A DNA stretch of 60,920 bases, the filler included. It is 7 parts of 7 records of this genome, joined end to end, with 100 filler letters (N's around TTAATTAATTAA, not from the genome) between each part and the next. Parts side by side here need not be neighbours in the genome. Positions count along the whole stretch, not along the records: positions 37,689 to 44,776 come from SRR20825010_6254; positions 44,877 to 54,997 come from SRR20825010_6258; 5 more parts are not named here. One strand, 5' to 3'. Position numbers and translations under genes: made by a program. The notes under the pieces are model-generated. The model did not search any database. It was not told the DNA's origin and saw only the letters and a list, made by a program, of their open reading frames with translations. Shown piece after piece: positions 41,046 through 51,307 of the stretch. Position 1 is the first letter of the stretch; each line of letters opens with the position of its first letter.

Positions 41046-41600
41046 CTAGCTGCTCAATCGGGCGCGTTGCCAGTATTCAGGGGTAATAGTCAGAGTCTGT
41101 TCGCTGTCGCCAATCCAGATGAGTCCATCCTGGATAGTTGCCTGGAGGGTCATGTTGCGGTTCGCCAGCCCGGCCAATGCCGCGGTATTGGCCGGTGAAA
41201 GGTAACTGATTGTCAGATTGTCAAAGCGCGCCAGGTCACCCTGGATACCTTCCCACCACACGGGAGCTGTCCTGGCACCATAGGCATAAATGATGACCTG
41301 TTCTGCCCGGTTTGAACCTTTGCGAATTCGTTTTGCGTCGGGTACCCCGACTTCGATCCACAGACCGATTTCACCATGCAGATTTTTCTGCCAGAGATCG
41401 GGTTCTGCCTCCGTGGACAAGCCTTTGGTGAACTGCAGGTGGTCGCTGGCATTCAATGCAAATGCCAGCAGCCGGATCATCATTCGTTCGTCCGTTTCTG
41501 ACGGATGTCTGGCGAGGGTGAGCGAGTGTGTTTGATAATAGTTGCGGTCCAGATCCGATACCTGTAACTCAACTTTGAAAACGGTTGCTTTCAGTGCCAT
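41046..41600 (-). CDS. yaeQ: YaeQ-family protein
   Basis: MALKATVFK..ARHPSETDERMM..KGLS..EPDLW..WIEVG. Confidence 0.92.
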   Translation of the reverse strand: MALKATVFKVELQVSDLDRNYYQTHSLTLARHPSETDERMMIRLLAFALNASDHLQFTKGLSTEAEPDLWQKNLHGEIGLWIEVGVPDAKRIRKGSNRAEQVIIYAYGARTAPVWWEGIQGDLARFDNLTISYLSPANTAALAGLANRNMTLQATIQDGLIWIGDSEQTLTITPEYWQRARLSS

Positions 41601-41706
41601 TGGACGGTGCCCAATAAGAGGTCAGACGGTGGGCTGTCGTCCAGCCCGACACCCTTCAGTTCAGAATCTTGCAGTTCAGCACTTTGTAGTTTGGCACCCC
41701 GTGGGC

Positions 41707-42117
41707 TCAAGTAATAATACCCGAGCTGCCCAGCCCCCCTCCCATACCTCCACCGAGGTTGCCGGTGGGGCCGCCGCCTCCCTGACCGGGCACAACAATT
41801 TTGGAGGCCTGGTCGCGACGCATTTCCTCAAGCTCGCGAGCGGTGCGCTCAACGGCTACCTCGGCTTCCGCACCGAATTTTTCGGCGGCTTCGCCGATAC
41901 TGTTGGCATGCAACTCGAAATTGATTGGCAGGGCACCCATGGGTGTCATTACCTGGGTAGAACCCATATAGAGTACTTCGCGGCTTGCATCGGCGTCACC
42001 GTTTCGGGTGACCGGACTGAGCCGACGTATGCTGCCGATTTTCTGGTCAGTGAAAATTTCCTCAAGATAGAGTTCATCGGGGTTCATGTCTGCGTCGAAT
42101 TCTTTTTGCTTGTTCAT
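41707..42117 (-). CDS. Conserved hypothetical protein
   Basis: LYLEEIFTD..GSIRRL..MTPMGALPINFE..ELEEMRRDQASKIVVPG; start uncertain. Confidence 0.7.
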   Translation of the reverse strand: MNKQKEFDADMNPDELYLEEIFTDQKIGSIRRLSPVTRNGDADASREVLYMGSTQVMTPMGALPINFELHANSIGEAAEKFGAEAEVAVERTARELEEMRRDQASKIVVPGQGGGGPTGNLGGGMGGGLGSSGIIT

Positions 42118-42205
42118 AGTGATTAATTTGGGTAGTGAAAAGAAGATAGACACCCTAACAGATATTGTCCGGAGCGTCAGGTATCAGGCCCCTGTATGAG
42201 GAGTC

Positions 42206-43099
42206 TCAGGGTGCCGTAATTTGTGATTTCAGGGTCTCCACCAGAGCCATGGCGGCAGAGGACAGCGGGTAACGACGCCTTGTCAGAATGCCGATTTGGC
42301 GGGTGACGACGGGGCTGGTGAGTGGACGACACTCCGCGCCGAGTGCACGCATCTGTTGTATGGCCAGAGATGGCACGACACTGATGCCCAGATTATTGGC
42401 GACCATGGAGCCAATGGAGGCGAGCTGGTGTGCTTCAAATTCCACCGTCAGGGTTATGCCGCAGCTGGCGGTAATCTCATCAATCATCTGACGCATGGCC
42501 GAGGGGCGTTGCAGTGCCACAAAAGGAAACTCCTGGAGTTGTGTCCAGGTGATTTCGTCATTCGCCAGCAGGGCATGTTGTTCCGGCATCACCACGTAAA
42601 AACTGTCTTCAAAGAGCGGCTCAAAGTGGAGATCTTCGGATTCTTCCATATCAAAAGTAACACCGACCTCCACGCGGCCTGTGCGCACCATATCCACCAC
42701 CTCTTCTGCCACTACATCCTGTACCGTGATATTGATATCCGGGAACTTGCTGCGGTAGTAGTGAAGAGCTTTTGGCAGCTTGCTAATCGAAAAAGAGGCC
42801 ATGCTGGCGATGCTCAGTTTGCCCCGTCGCATGGCGAACAGGTTGTGCAGGTCGGTCAGCGCATTGTCCCAGTCGGCCAGCAGGCGCTGTGCCACCGGCA
42901 GAAAGGCCTCGCCCTCCGGAGTCAGCGAAAGGGTACGAGTGGTGCGAGCCAGCAGTTTTCCGCCCACCACTTCTTCCAGATTTTTCAGGGAGATACTGAG
43001 TGCAGGCTGAGAGAGATGCAATCGTTCGCCGGCTTCAGCGAAGTTGCGAGTCTGGGCAACGGTGACAAACGCCTTGAGCTGTTTTATGGTGATATCCAT
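42206..43099 (-). CDS. LysR-family regulator (DhcR-like), divergent from CoA transferase genes
   Basis: FAEAGERLHLSQPALS..LEE..LLARTTR HTH; LysR substrate domain. Confidence 0.93.
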   Translation of the reverse strand: MDITIKQLKAFVTVAQTRNFAEAGERLHLSQPALSISLKNLEEVVGGKLLARTTRTLSLTPEGEAFLPVAQRLLADWDNALTDLHNLFAMRRGKLSIASMASFSISKLPKALHYYRSKFPDINITVQDVVAEEVVDMVRTGRVEVGVTFDMEESEDLHFEPLFEDSFYVVMPEQHALLANDEITWTQLQEFPFVALQRPSAMRQMIDEITASCGITLTVEFEAHQLASIGSMVANNLGISVVPSLAIQQMRALGAECRPLTSPVVTRQIGILTRRRYPLSSAAMALVETLKSQITAP

Positions 43100-43119
43100 G
43101 GCACTCTTATATAAATTCC

Positions 43120-43137
43120 TTTAATCAGTTGATTAAA
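43120..43137. promoter_or_regulatory. Palindrome, candidate LysR binding site
   Basis: TTTAATCA-GT-TGATTAAA in the divergent intergenic region. Confidence 0.5.
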
Positions 43138-43243
43138 ATTTTACGCTTGATAAATATATTTCGCTATAGGATGCTAGGAGCCGTTTTGCGCACCTCAAAT
43201 TGAGGTCGCCACGGTAAATAATAATCATTGAGGAGTTTTGTTC

Positions 43244-43945
43244 ATGGCGGGTTTCGATAAGGTGGTAAACACCTACGAAGAAGCGATGGCGGGTCTGGAG
43301 GATGGCATGACCGTGATTGCAGGCGGTTTTGGCATTTGTGGTATCCCCGAAAACCTGATCAATCAAATCAAGAAAATGGGTACCAAAGAGCTCACCATTA
43401 TTTCCAACAACTGTGGCATCGACGGTTTTGGTCTGGGTGTTCTGCTGGAAGATCGTCAGATCAAGAAAATGGTGTCGTCCTATGTAGGGGAAAACAAGCT
43501 GTTCGAAGAGCAGTTGCTCTCCGGTCAGCTGGAAGTGGAGCTGACCCCCCAGGGAACCCTGGCGGAAAAAATGCGTGCTGCCGGTGCGGGTATCCCGGCC
43601 TTTTACACTGCTACCGGCTACGGCACGGATATTGGCGAAGGTAAGGATGTACGCGAGTTCAATGGTCGCAAGTACATTCTTGAAGAGTCCATCCAGGGTG
43701 ACTTCTCGATTGTCAAAGCGTGGAAAGCGGACCGTTATGGCAACGCGATCTATCGCAACACCGCCATGAACTTCAATCCCATGGCGGCCACCGCGGGCAA
43801 GATCTGCGTGATGGAAGTGGAAGAGATTGTCGAACCGGGCGAACTGGATCCGATGTACATACATACCCCGGGTATCTATGTGGATCGTTTGATTCAGGGC
43901 ACGTTCGAGAAACGTATCGAAAAGCGCACCGTTCGCGAAGGCTAA
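43244..43945 (+). CDS. scoA: 3-oxoacid CoA-transferase subunit A (ScoA/DhcA)
   Basis: [36 protein letters not shown]. Confidence 0.93.
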   Translation: MAGFDKVVNTYEEAMAGLEDGMTVIAGGFGICGIPENLINQIKKMGTKELTIISNNCGIDGFGLGVLLEDRQIKKMVSSYVGENKLFEEQLLSGQLEVELTPQGTLAEKMRAAGAGIPAFYTATGYGTDIGEGKDVREFNGRKYILEESIQGDFSIVKAWKADRYGNAIYRNTAMNFNPMAATAGKICVMEVEEIVEPGELDPMYIHTPGIYVDRLIQGTFEKRIEKRTVREG

Positions 43946-43960
43946 AAAGGAGAGACAATC

Positions 43961-44617
43961 ATGGCACTTTCTCGTGATCAAATGGCTATCCGTGTTGCCC
44001 GCGAGCTGCAGGACGGATACTACGTAAACCTCGGCATAGGTATTCCCACCCTAGTGGCCAACCACGTGCCGGAAGGTATGGACGTAATGTTGCAGTCCGA
44101 AAACGGCCTACTCGGCATGGGTCCATTCCCCACCGAAGACCAGGTCGACCCGGATCTGATCAACGCTGGTAAACAACTGGTGACCACAGCCAAGGGCGCC
44201 TCTATTTTCTCATCGGCAGAGTCCTTCGCCATGATCCGTGGCGGCCATGTGGATCTGACCGTGCTGGGTGCCTTTGAGGTGGATGTCAATGGCAGCATTG
44301 CCTCCTGGATGATCCCCGGCAAGTTGATCAAAGGCATGGGTGGCGCGATGGATCTGGTGGCCGGCGCCGACAACATCGTGGTGATGATGACCCACGCCGA
44401 TAAATACGGTAATTCGAAGTTGCTGCCCCAGTGTACCTTGCCCCTAACCGGTGCCGGTTGTATAACCCAGGTATTGACCGACCTGGCCTACGTGGAAATT
44501 CGCGATGGCAAGTTCCACCTGGTGGAGCGCGCCCCGGGTGTTTCCGTGGAGGAAATCGTGGAGAAGACTGCCGGCGAAATGGTGGTTCCCGACCACGTGC
44601 CGGAAATACAGTTCTGA
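43961..44617 (+). CDS. scoB: 3-oxoacid CoA-transferase subunit B (ScoB/DhcB)
   Basis: VNLGIGIPT, QSENG catalytic Glu, GMGGAMDL. Confidence 0.94.
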   Translation: MALSRDQMAIRVARELQDGYYVNLGIGIPTLVANHVPEGMDVMLQSENGLLGMGPFPTEDQVDPDLINAGKQLVTTAKGASIFSSAESFAMIRGGHVDLTVLGAFEVDVNGSIASWMIPGKLIKGMGGAMDLVAGADNIVVMMTHADKYGNSKLLPQCTLPLTGAGCITQVLTDLAYVEIRDGKFHLVERAPGVSVEEIVEKTAGEMVVPDHVPEIQF

Positions 44618-44634
44618 TTATCCCGGTATGATCG

Positions 44635-44663
44635 AAAAAGGCTCCCGTCCGGGAGCCTTTTTT
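44635..44663 (+). terminator. Intrinsic terminator
   Basis: AAAAAGGCTCCC-GTCC-GGGAGCCTTTTTT. Confidence 0.9.
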
Positions 44664-44776
44664 ATGCCCGGATACTTGTCAGGTCTGTCATTTCCTTTTA
44701 AGGCCAGGGACAACTCTTCAGGAGTATACTGTCTAATCAATCGAGTACATCAATAAGGAGTGCAAGGTAATGAAAA

Positions 44777-44876
44777 NNNNNNNNNNNNNNNNNNNNNNNN
44801 NNNNNNNNNNNNNNNNNNNNTTAATTAATTAANNNNNNNNNNNNNNNNNNNNNNNNNNNNNNNNNNNNNNNNNNNN
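44777..44876. other. Artificial contig spacer
   Basis: N44-TTAATTAATTAA-N44. Confidence 0.99.
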
Positions 44877-44924
44877 CATTGGTTTAAACCAATGCGTTCC
44901 GTTTTTGTTTTTTAGAGGTTGGGC

Positions 44925-47768
44925 TTAATGGGCCTCCAGCCAATTGTTACCAACGCCCAATTCCACATCCAGGGGTACTGATAATTTGTAGGCGTTTTCC
45001 ATTTCTGTCTTTATCATGGTCTTTAATTCCTCCAATTCGGGCTTATATACATCGAACACCAATTCATCATGGACCTGTAGGAGCATCTTGCTTTTGTATT
45101 TTCCTTCTTCGAGTTTTTTATGAATATTGATCATTGCAATTTTAATGATATCGGCGGCACTTCCCTGAATAGGGGCATTTACAGCGTTGCGTTCCGCTGC
45201 TCCACGTACAATGGCATTACTACCGTTTATGTCCTTAAGATACCTTCGTCTGCCTAACACGGTCTGAACGTACCCATTTTCCCTAGCGAATTCTATTTGT
45301 TCACTGATATAATTGCGCAATTTGGGGTAGGTCTTATAATAGGTCTCTATTAGCTCCTTGGCTTCTGCCCTGGATAGGTCGGTTTGGTTGCTCAATCCAA
45401 AGGCCGATACCCCATATATGATTCCAAAGTTAACGGTCTTGGCATTGCTTCTTTGTTCTCTGGTAACATCCTCTAACGGGACATTAAAAACTTTGGAAGC
45501 CGTGGAGGCGTGAATATCCTCTCCGTTTTTAAAGGCCTCTATCATGGTAGACTCATCGCTAAGCGCAGCAATAATCCGCAATTCTATCTGCGAATAATCC
45601 GCTGCCAACAAGGTGTAGTCTTCATTTCTTGGAATAAATGCCTTTCTAACCTGTCTTCCCCGCTCCGTTCTAATGGGGATGTTCTGTAGGTTGGGATTGT
45701 TGCTGCTTAATCGTCCGGTAGCGGCAACGGTTTGCATATAATCTGTATGCACCCTGCCCGTACTTTCTTCAATTTGTTCAGGTAGGGCATCCACATAGGT
45801 GCTCTTTAGTTTGCTTAGACCACGATAGTCCAATACGCTTTGGATTATTTCATGATCTTTGGCCAGATAGGATAGTACATCCTCGGCAGTGGAATATTGA
45901 CCGGTTTTGGTCTTTTTGGGTTTGTCCACCAGTTTTAGCTTATCGAATAATATTTCGCCCAATTGCTTTGGAGAGGCAATATTGAATTCTTCCCCAGCTT
46001 CCTTGTAGATCTTTAATTCCAAGTTTTTGATATCGTTGTCCAGATCCTTGGCAAGAGAATTCAAAAAGTCTTTGTCCAAATTGATTCCCTCCTGTTCCAT
46101 ATCGGCCAGGACATGTAATAAGGGAATCTCTATATTATTAAATAATTCTTCGGTGTTGGCCTCTTTCAATTCTGGTCTAAAGTGTTGCGCCAATTGAAAA
46201 GTGATATCGGTATCCTCTACGGCATATTCGGTTTGTTGTTCCAAAGGAACATCCCTCATAGATAATTGGTTTTTCCCTTTTTTTCCAATAAGTTCGGTTA
46301 TGGAAATTGGGGTGTAGTTTAAATAGGTTTCCGCCAGTACGTCCATGTTGTGGCGCATGTCCGGATTAATAAGGTAATGTGCAAGCATGGTATCAAAGCA
46401 TTTACCTTTTATAGAGATGTTGTATTTGTGCAGTACCTTAATGTCATATTTTAGGTTCTGTCCAATTTTTTCAATGTCTTCCGCTTCAAAAAACGGTCTT
46501 AATTGTTCAAGAATTTCTTGGGCCTCTTTTTTGTCCTCTGGAAAAGGAACATAAAACCCCTTTCCGGCTTCCCAACTAAATGCAATACCTACCAGCTCTG
46601 CAGTTAGTGGATTAAGTCCCGTGGTTTCTGTATCAAAACAAACCGAGGTTTGTTTCATTAAATTCTGAACAAAAAGTTTCATGGCCATCCCAGGCAGTAT
46701 ACTCTGGTATACATGGGAAACTTCCTTTATGCTTTTTCTACTGGATACTTCTTTTATTGTTCCTCCCGTGACTTGTCCGTCACCGCCGAATAAGGAAAAT
46801 TGGCCTCCACCGGCCTCTGTTTGTTTCTTTTTTGAAGTGTTGGACTCTTGCTTTCCCTCATCCGGGCTATCGCTATCCGATTCGGACGAAAAGAGCTTTA
46901 GGAATTGGTCCTTTAACCTACGGAATTCCAATTCCTCGAAAATCTCCTGCACTTTTTCGCCATCGGGCATGGAAAGCTCGTAATCTTTGGCGTTAAAAGT
47001 TACATCGCAATCCACAAATATGGTCGCCAGTTTTTTGGACAGAATGCCCAGTTCTGCATTTTCTTGGACCTTTTCCTTCATTTTGCCTTTTAGCTTATCG
47101 GTATTGGCAAGCAAATTTTCCATTGAACCGAATTCCTCAATAAATTTTTTGGCGGTTTTGTCACCCACTCCTGGTAATCCGGGAATGTTGTCACTTGCAT
47201 CGCCCATCATCCCCAAATAATCTATTACCTGTTCCGGACGTTCAACCCCAAAACGTTTTTGTACTTCGGGAATGCCCCAAATTTCTATCCCGTTGCCCAA
47301 TCTTGCCGGGCGGTACATAAATATGTTCTCGGATACCAATTGTCCAAAATCCTTATCCGGGGTAACCATATATACCTTATAGTCTTCTTTTTCTGCCTGC
47401 TTGGCCAAGGTGCCAATAATATCGTCGGCCTCCATTCCTTCCAATTCCACCACCGGAATATGCATGGCCTTCAATATATTCTGAATATAGGGTACGGCTA
47501 TTTTAATGGCGTCCGGAGTGGCATCCCTATTGGCTTTGTATTCGGCAAACATTTCAGTACGGTCCGCACTTCCTCCCTTGTCAAAACAAACGGCCAAATG
47601 ATCCGGTTTTTCCCTTCTGATCACATCCAATAAAGAATTCATGAATCCCATAATGGCGGAAGTGTCCATTCCCTTGGAGTTTATCCTTGGGTTTTTTATG
47701 AGTGCGTAATAACCCCGAAAAATCAGTGCATATGCATCAAGTAAGAAAAGTCTTTTTTGTTCAGCCAT
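44925..47768 (-). CDS. polA: DNA polymerase I
   Basis: 5'-3' exo (EADD), DTETT 3'-5' exo, DYSQIELR, KTVNFGIIYG, QVHDE. Confidence 0.98.
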   Translation of the reverse strand: MAEQKRLFLLDAYALIFRGYYALIKNPRINSKGMDTSAIMGFMNSLLDVIRREKPDHLAVCFDKGGSADRTEMFAEYKANRDATPDAIKIAVPYIQNILKAMHIPVVELEGMEADDIIGTLAKQAEKEDYKVYMVTPDKDFGQLVSENIFMYRPARLGNGIEIWGIPEVQKRFGVERPEQVIDYLGMMGDASDNIPGLPGVGDKTAKKFIEEFGSMENLLANTDKLKGKMKEKVQENAELGILSKKLATIFVDCDVTFNAKDYELSMPDGEKVQEIFEELEFRRLKDQFLKLFSSESDSDSPDEGKQESNTSKKKQTEAGGGQFSLFGGDGQVTGGTIKEVSSRKSIKEVSHVYQSILPGMAMKLFVQNLMKQTSVCFDTETTGLNPLTAELVGIAFSWEAGKGFYVPFPEDKKEAQEILEQLRPFFEAEDIEKIGQNLKYDIKVLHKYNISIKGKCFDTMLAHYLINPDMRHNMDVLAETYLNYTPISITELIGKKGKNQLSMRDVPLEQQTEYAVEDTDITFQLAQHFRPELKEANTEELFNNIEIPLLHVLADMEQEGINLDKDFLNSLAKDLDNDIKNLELKIYKEAGEEFNIASPKQLGEILFDKLKLVDKPKKTKTGQYSTAEDVLSYLAKDHEIIQSVLDYRGLSKLKSTYVDALPEQIEESTGRVHTDYMQTVAATGRLSSNNPNLQNIPIRTERGRQVRKAFIPRNEDYTLLAADYSQIELRIIAALSDESTMIEAFKNGEDIHASTASKVFNVPLEDVTREQRSNAKTVNFGIIYGVSAFGLSNQTDLSRAEAKELIETYYKTYPKLRNYISEQIEFARENGYVQTVLGRRRYLKDINGSNAIVRGAAERNAVNAPIQGSAADIIKIAMINIHKKLEEGKYKSKMLLQVHDELVFDVYKPELEELKTMIKTEMENAYKLSVPLDVELGVGNNWLEAH

Positions 47769-47812
47769 TATATTTGATTCTTGTTAAGATTTGGATATTG
47801 CGATATTGATAA

Positions 47813-48808
47813 TTAGGATTTTAAAAAAGTCTCTGTCGGGTTGTTGCTCTGTCCGGCCTCTACAAATTTGCTGTAGCTAAACCCGGGATGTATGCAATAA
47901 CCTCCGGTTTCCCCTTTCTTGTTGATGGCAATAAACCCAATTTGAAAATCCCTTCTATCCTTGTTCTTTTCCATGATTCGTCTTACGCCTTCCTCACATG
48001 CCTCTTGTGGGGATTTTCCTTGGCGCATAAGTTCCACGATAAGGAAGCTGCCCACGGTTCGCACTACTTCTTCCCCAACTCCTGTTGCTGTAGCCCCGCC
48101 AACTTCGTTGTCCACAAACAGTCCGGCCCCTATTATTGGGGAGTCGCCAACACGTCCGGCCATTTTGTAGCCCATTCCGCTTGTAGTACAGGCCCCTGCA
48201 ATATCGCCATTTTTGTCAATGGCCAACATACCTATGGTATCGTGGTTTTCTATATTGATAATGGTTTCGTATTTGGATTTCTTTTTCCACTCCAACCAAT
48301 CTTTTTTTGCTTTTTCAGTCAGTAGATTAGTTTTTGGAAAACCTTTTTCATAGGCGAATTGTTCTGCTCCCTTTCCGGCCAGCATTACATGCGGAGTGTC
48401 CTCCATAACCTTTCTTGCAACCGAAATAGGATGCGCAATATTTTCCATACATAGTACGGCACCACAGTTCCCGTCCTTGTCCATGATACAGGCATCCAAG
48501 GTAACATGGCCATCCCTGTCCGGTCTTCCGCCGTTCCCAACCGTTTCGTTGCTAAGATCTGCCTCCTCTACCATTACCCCTTGTTCCACGGCATCCAAAG
48601 AAGAGCCTCCTTTTTCCAAGACTTCCCACGCCTTTGCTGTTGCATTCTTAAAATTCCATGTACAGATTACAATAGGTTTTACGGTTTCCAGGACATCTGG
48701 ATTAAGCGGTAGCTCGTTTTTTGTTTCTTGATATGATGCGAAAAGTGGTGCTGATATTATTCCAGCAGTACTTAAGGTAGAATTTTTAAGGAAATTTCTT
48801 CTTTTCAT
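47813..48808 (-). CDS. Glycosylasparaginase / isoaspartyl peptidase (Ntn hydrolase), Tat-exported
   Basis: KRRNFLK Tat motif; HDTIG autoprocessing site; GRVGDSP. Confidence 0.92.
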   Translation of the reverse strand: MKRRNFLKNSTLSTAGIISAPLFASYQETKNELPLNPDVLETVKPIVICTWNFKNATAKAWEVLEKGGSSLDAVEQGVMVEEADLSNETVGNGGRPDRDGHVTLDACIMDKDGNCGAVLCMENIAHPISVARKVMEDTPHVMLAGKGAEQFAYEKGFPKTNLLTEKAKKDWLEWKKKSKYETIINIENHDTIGMLAIDKNGDIAGACTTSGMGYKMAGRVGDSPIIGAGLFVDNEVGGATATGVGEEVVRTVGSFLIVELMRQGKSPQEACEEGVRRIMEKNKDRRDFQIGFIAINKKGETGGYCIHPGFSYSKFVEAGQSNNPTETFLKS

Positions 48809-48850
48809 AAGATGGTGTTACTTAATTTTAAGGTTCTAAATATAAGAAAT

Positions 48851-49579
48851 ATGATTGTAGAAGTATGTGCCAATTCCTTAGAATCTGCCCTTAATGCCCA
48901 AAAAGCTGGTGCTGACCGAATTGAGTTATGTAACGAGCTTGCTGTAGGTGGGGTTACTCCTTCTTTTGGGCTGTTGCAGCTTATAAAGGAACATATTTCC
49001 ATTCCTGTAAATGTATTGATAAGACCTAGAAGTGGTGATTTTTCCTATTCCGATCCGGAATTTGAGATTATGAAAAAGGATATTTCATTGTGCAGGGATC
49101 TCGGTTTTAATGGGATTGTTTCTGGGGTGTTGTCCAGGGATTTTACCTTGGATTATAAGAGAACCCAAGAATTGATTGGGGAGTCCGGACCATTGCAATT
49201 TACCTTTCATAGAGCTTTCGATTGGGTAAGTGATCCTATGGCTACTTTACAGCAATTGCAGGAATTGGAAGTAGATACCATACTAAGCTCTGGACAACAA
49301 AAATCTTCGGTGCAAGGAATGGAGTTGTTGACCCGCTTGTTAAAAGAATCCAAGGGCTGTGTTATAATGCCCGGGGGAGGTATACGTGATACCAATGTGT
49401 TGGAATTTAAGAAGCAGGGTTTTGGTGCGGTGCATTTGTCCGGGATAAAATTTCATAAAACCTTGGAACATACACCTGAAATTCCAATGAGCAGTCCAGG
49501 GTTTCTAAGGGATGATGAAATTGGCATTAGCGATTTGGCTACTCTTAAAGAGGTGGTCCGCCTAGTTAAAGAAAATTAA
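48851..49579 (+). CDS. cutC: CutC-family copper homeostasis protein
   Basis: EVCAN, GADRIELC..GGVTPS, IRPRSGDF, TFHRAFD. Confidence 0.93.
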   Translation: MIVEVCANSLESALNAQKAGADRIELCNELAVGGVTPSFGLLQLIKEHISIPVNVLIRPRSGDFSYSDPEFEIMKKDISLCRDLGFNGIVSGVLSRDFTLDYKRTQELIGESGPLQFTFHRAFDWVSDPMATLQQLQELEVDTILSSGQQKSSVQGMELLTRLLKESKGCVIMPGGGIRDTNVLEFKKQGFGAVHLSGIKFHKTLEHTPEIPMSSPGFLRDDEIGISDLATLKEVVRLVKEN

Positions 49580-49629
49580 AAAACCACCTAATGGATTTGA
49601 AACCAATATCTTTGCTAAAAAAATAAGGG

Positions 49630-50859
49630 ATGCTACGTTGGATTGTTTTTATTGTCATTTATATAACCCTCGGAATTTATACTTTGCAAGCCATAAAGGC
49701 CTCAACCCGATATCCCTGGGTCTATTATGCCTATATGGTATTATCACTTTTTGTTTTGGGGAATTTCATCTATCAGTTTACTATGGGCGATGACCCTGGT
49801 AGGGTGTTGAGTGTATCAAAAAGTTATGCTTTTGGTCTCTTGCTGGCAATCCTCACTTTTATGTTGATTACCATTGTATTTTTATTCTCCGAAGATATTT
49901 TTAGATTTTTTACTGCTAGCTATCACAAAATATTTGGTGGGACCAAAGAGTTTAGCCTCCCGGAGCGAAGACGTTTTTTAAGTACCCTTGCCATGGGTAT
50001 TGCCGCTTTGCCATTCTCTGCATTGTTGTATGGTATGATTAAGGGGAAATATAATTTTAAAGTACTGAAGTATAATTTGGAATTCGATGATTTGCCCAAT
50101 AGCTTCGATGGATATCAAATAACCCAAATATCGGATGTGCACAGTGGTAGTTTTGATGATAGGGAGAAAATTGAATACGCAATAAACTTGATAAATAAGC
50201 AAAAAAGTGATGTGTTGCTTTTTACGGGGGATATGGTTAACAATATGGCAGAGGAAATGTTGCCATGGAAAGACCTTTTTTCGACCTTAACTGCAAAGGA
50301 TGGCAAATTTTCAGTATTGGGGAACCATGATTACGGGGATTATGTAAGTTGGGAAACCGAAGAGGCCAAAAGCAATAATTTAAACGACCTTAAAAATTTG
50401 CAAAAGGATATGGGCTTTGATCTCTTGCTAAACGATAGTAGGTACTTGCAAAAGGGAGAGGATAGAATTGCTTTGATCGGAGTTGAAAATTGGGGCAGGG
50501 GAGGATTTAAGAAGGCAGGGGACCTTAAAAAGGCTGTTTCCAATGTTAACAAGAATGATTTTAAGATCTTAATGAGCCATGACCCATCCCATTGGGAAGA
50601 TCAGGTGTTAAAAGATGATTATCATTATCACCTCACCTTAAGTGGGCATACACATGGAATGCAATTTGGGATAGAAATTCCGGGATGGATAAAATGGAGC
50701 CCAGCTAAATGGAGGTATAAATATTGGGCAGGAGTGTATGAAGAAATGGGGCAGATGATAAATGTGAACCGTGGATTTGGGTTTTTAGGCTATCCGGGGA
50801 GGGTGGGTATTTGGCCCGAAATCACTGTAATTACCTTAAAAAAGAGGTCGTTGACCTGA
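49630..50859 (+). CDS. Membrane-anchored metallophosphoesterase (YkuE-like)
   Basis: N-terminal TMs; SDVH, GD, GNHD, SHDP, GHTH. Confidence 0.92.
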   Translation: MLRWIVFIVIYITLGIYTLQAIKASTRYPWVYYAYMVLSLFVLGNFIYQFTMGDDPGRVLSVSKSYAFGLLLAILTFMLITIVFLFSEDIFRFFTASYHKIFGGTKEFSLPERRRFLSTLAMGIAALPFSALLYGMIKGKYNFKVLKYNLEFDDLPNSFDGYQITQISDVHSGSFDDREKIEYAINLINKQKSDVLLFTGDMVNNMAEEMLPWKDLFSTLTAKDGKFSVLGNHDYGDYVSWETEEAKSNNLNDLKNLQKDMGFDLLLNDSRYLQKGEDRIALIGVENWGRGGFKKAGDLKKAVSNVNKNDFKILMSHDPSHWEDQVLKDDYHYHLTLSGHTHGMQFGIEIPGWIKWSPAKWRYKYWAGVYEEMGQMINVNRGFGFLGYPGRVGIWPEITVITLKKRSLT

Positions 50860-50950
50860 TTTTAACTACTACCTTGTCGACAAAAATGATAGCACTAGTT
50901 GTATTTTAACATTTTTTCTTATTTTTGATTTATAACCCAATGTATAGTAT

Positions 50951-51247
50951 ATGTCTAAATTTGGTGAATTAATTGATATTAATGTTCCTGTGCTATTGGA
51001 TTTTTACGCAGAGTGGAACGAACAGTCAACAGCCATGCACCCTGTACTACGGGATGTTGCCGCTGCCTTGGGCGATAAGGGCAAGGTTATTAAGATTGAT
51101 GTGGATAAGAATAAAGAGCTTTCCCAGGCATTGCGGGTGAAGGGCCTTCCTACCTTAATGATATACAAGAAAGGTGAAATGGTTTGGAGGCAAAGCGGGG
51201 AGCAGGATGCCAATACCCTTATTGGGATACTTAATGAGTACATATAA
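50951..51247 (+). CDS. Thioredoxin-fold protein lacking CxxC
   Basis: VLLDFYAEW-NEQS-..KIDVD..GLPTL; no Cys in the protein. Confidence 0.85.
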   Translation: MSKFGELIDINVPVLLDFYAEWNEQSTAMHPVLRDVAAALGDKGKVIKIDVDKNKELSQALRVKGLPTLMIYKKGEMVWRQSGEQDANTLIGILNEYI

Positions 51248-51255
51248 CTAGTTAG

Positions 51256-51303
51256 AAAGACACAAAAAAACCGAGACCTGAGTCTCGGTTTTTTTGTGTC
51301 TTT
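51256..51303. terminator. Bidirectional terminator
   Basis: Perfect 22-bp arms AAAGACACAAAAAAACCGAGAC with CTGA loop, between convergent genes. Confidence 0.9.
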
Positions 51304-51307
51304 TTAT

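Noticed and set aside
41542-42126. 194-aa ORF on the + strand
   Set aside because: Overlaps yaeQ and the more protein-like minus-strand hypothetical gene
42296-43114. 272-aa ORF on the + strand
   Set aside because: Antisense shadow of the LysR gene with no recognisable motifs
43133-43981. 282-aa ORF on the - strand
   Set aside because: Antisense shadow of scoA in GC-rich sequence
44877-44894. 18-bp perfect palindrome CATTGGTTTAAACCAATG at the contig edge
   Set aside because: Probably part of the polA terminator cut by the contig end
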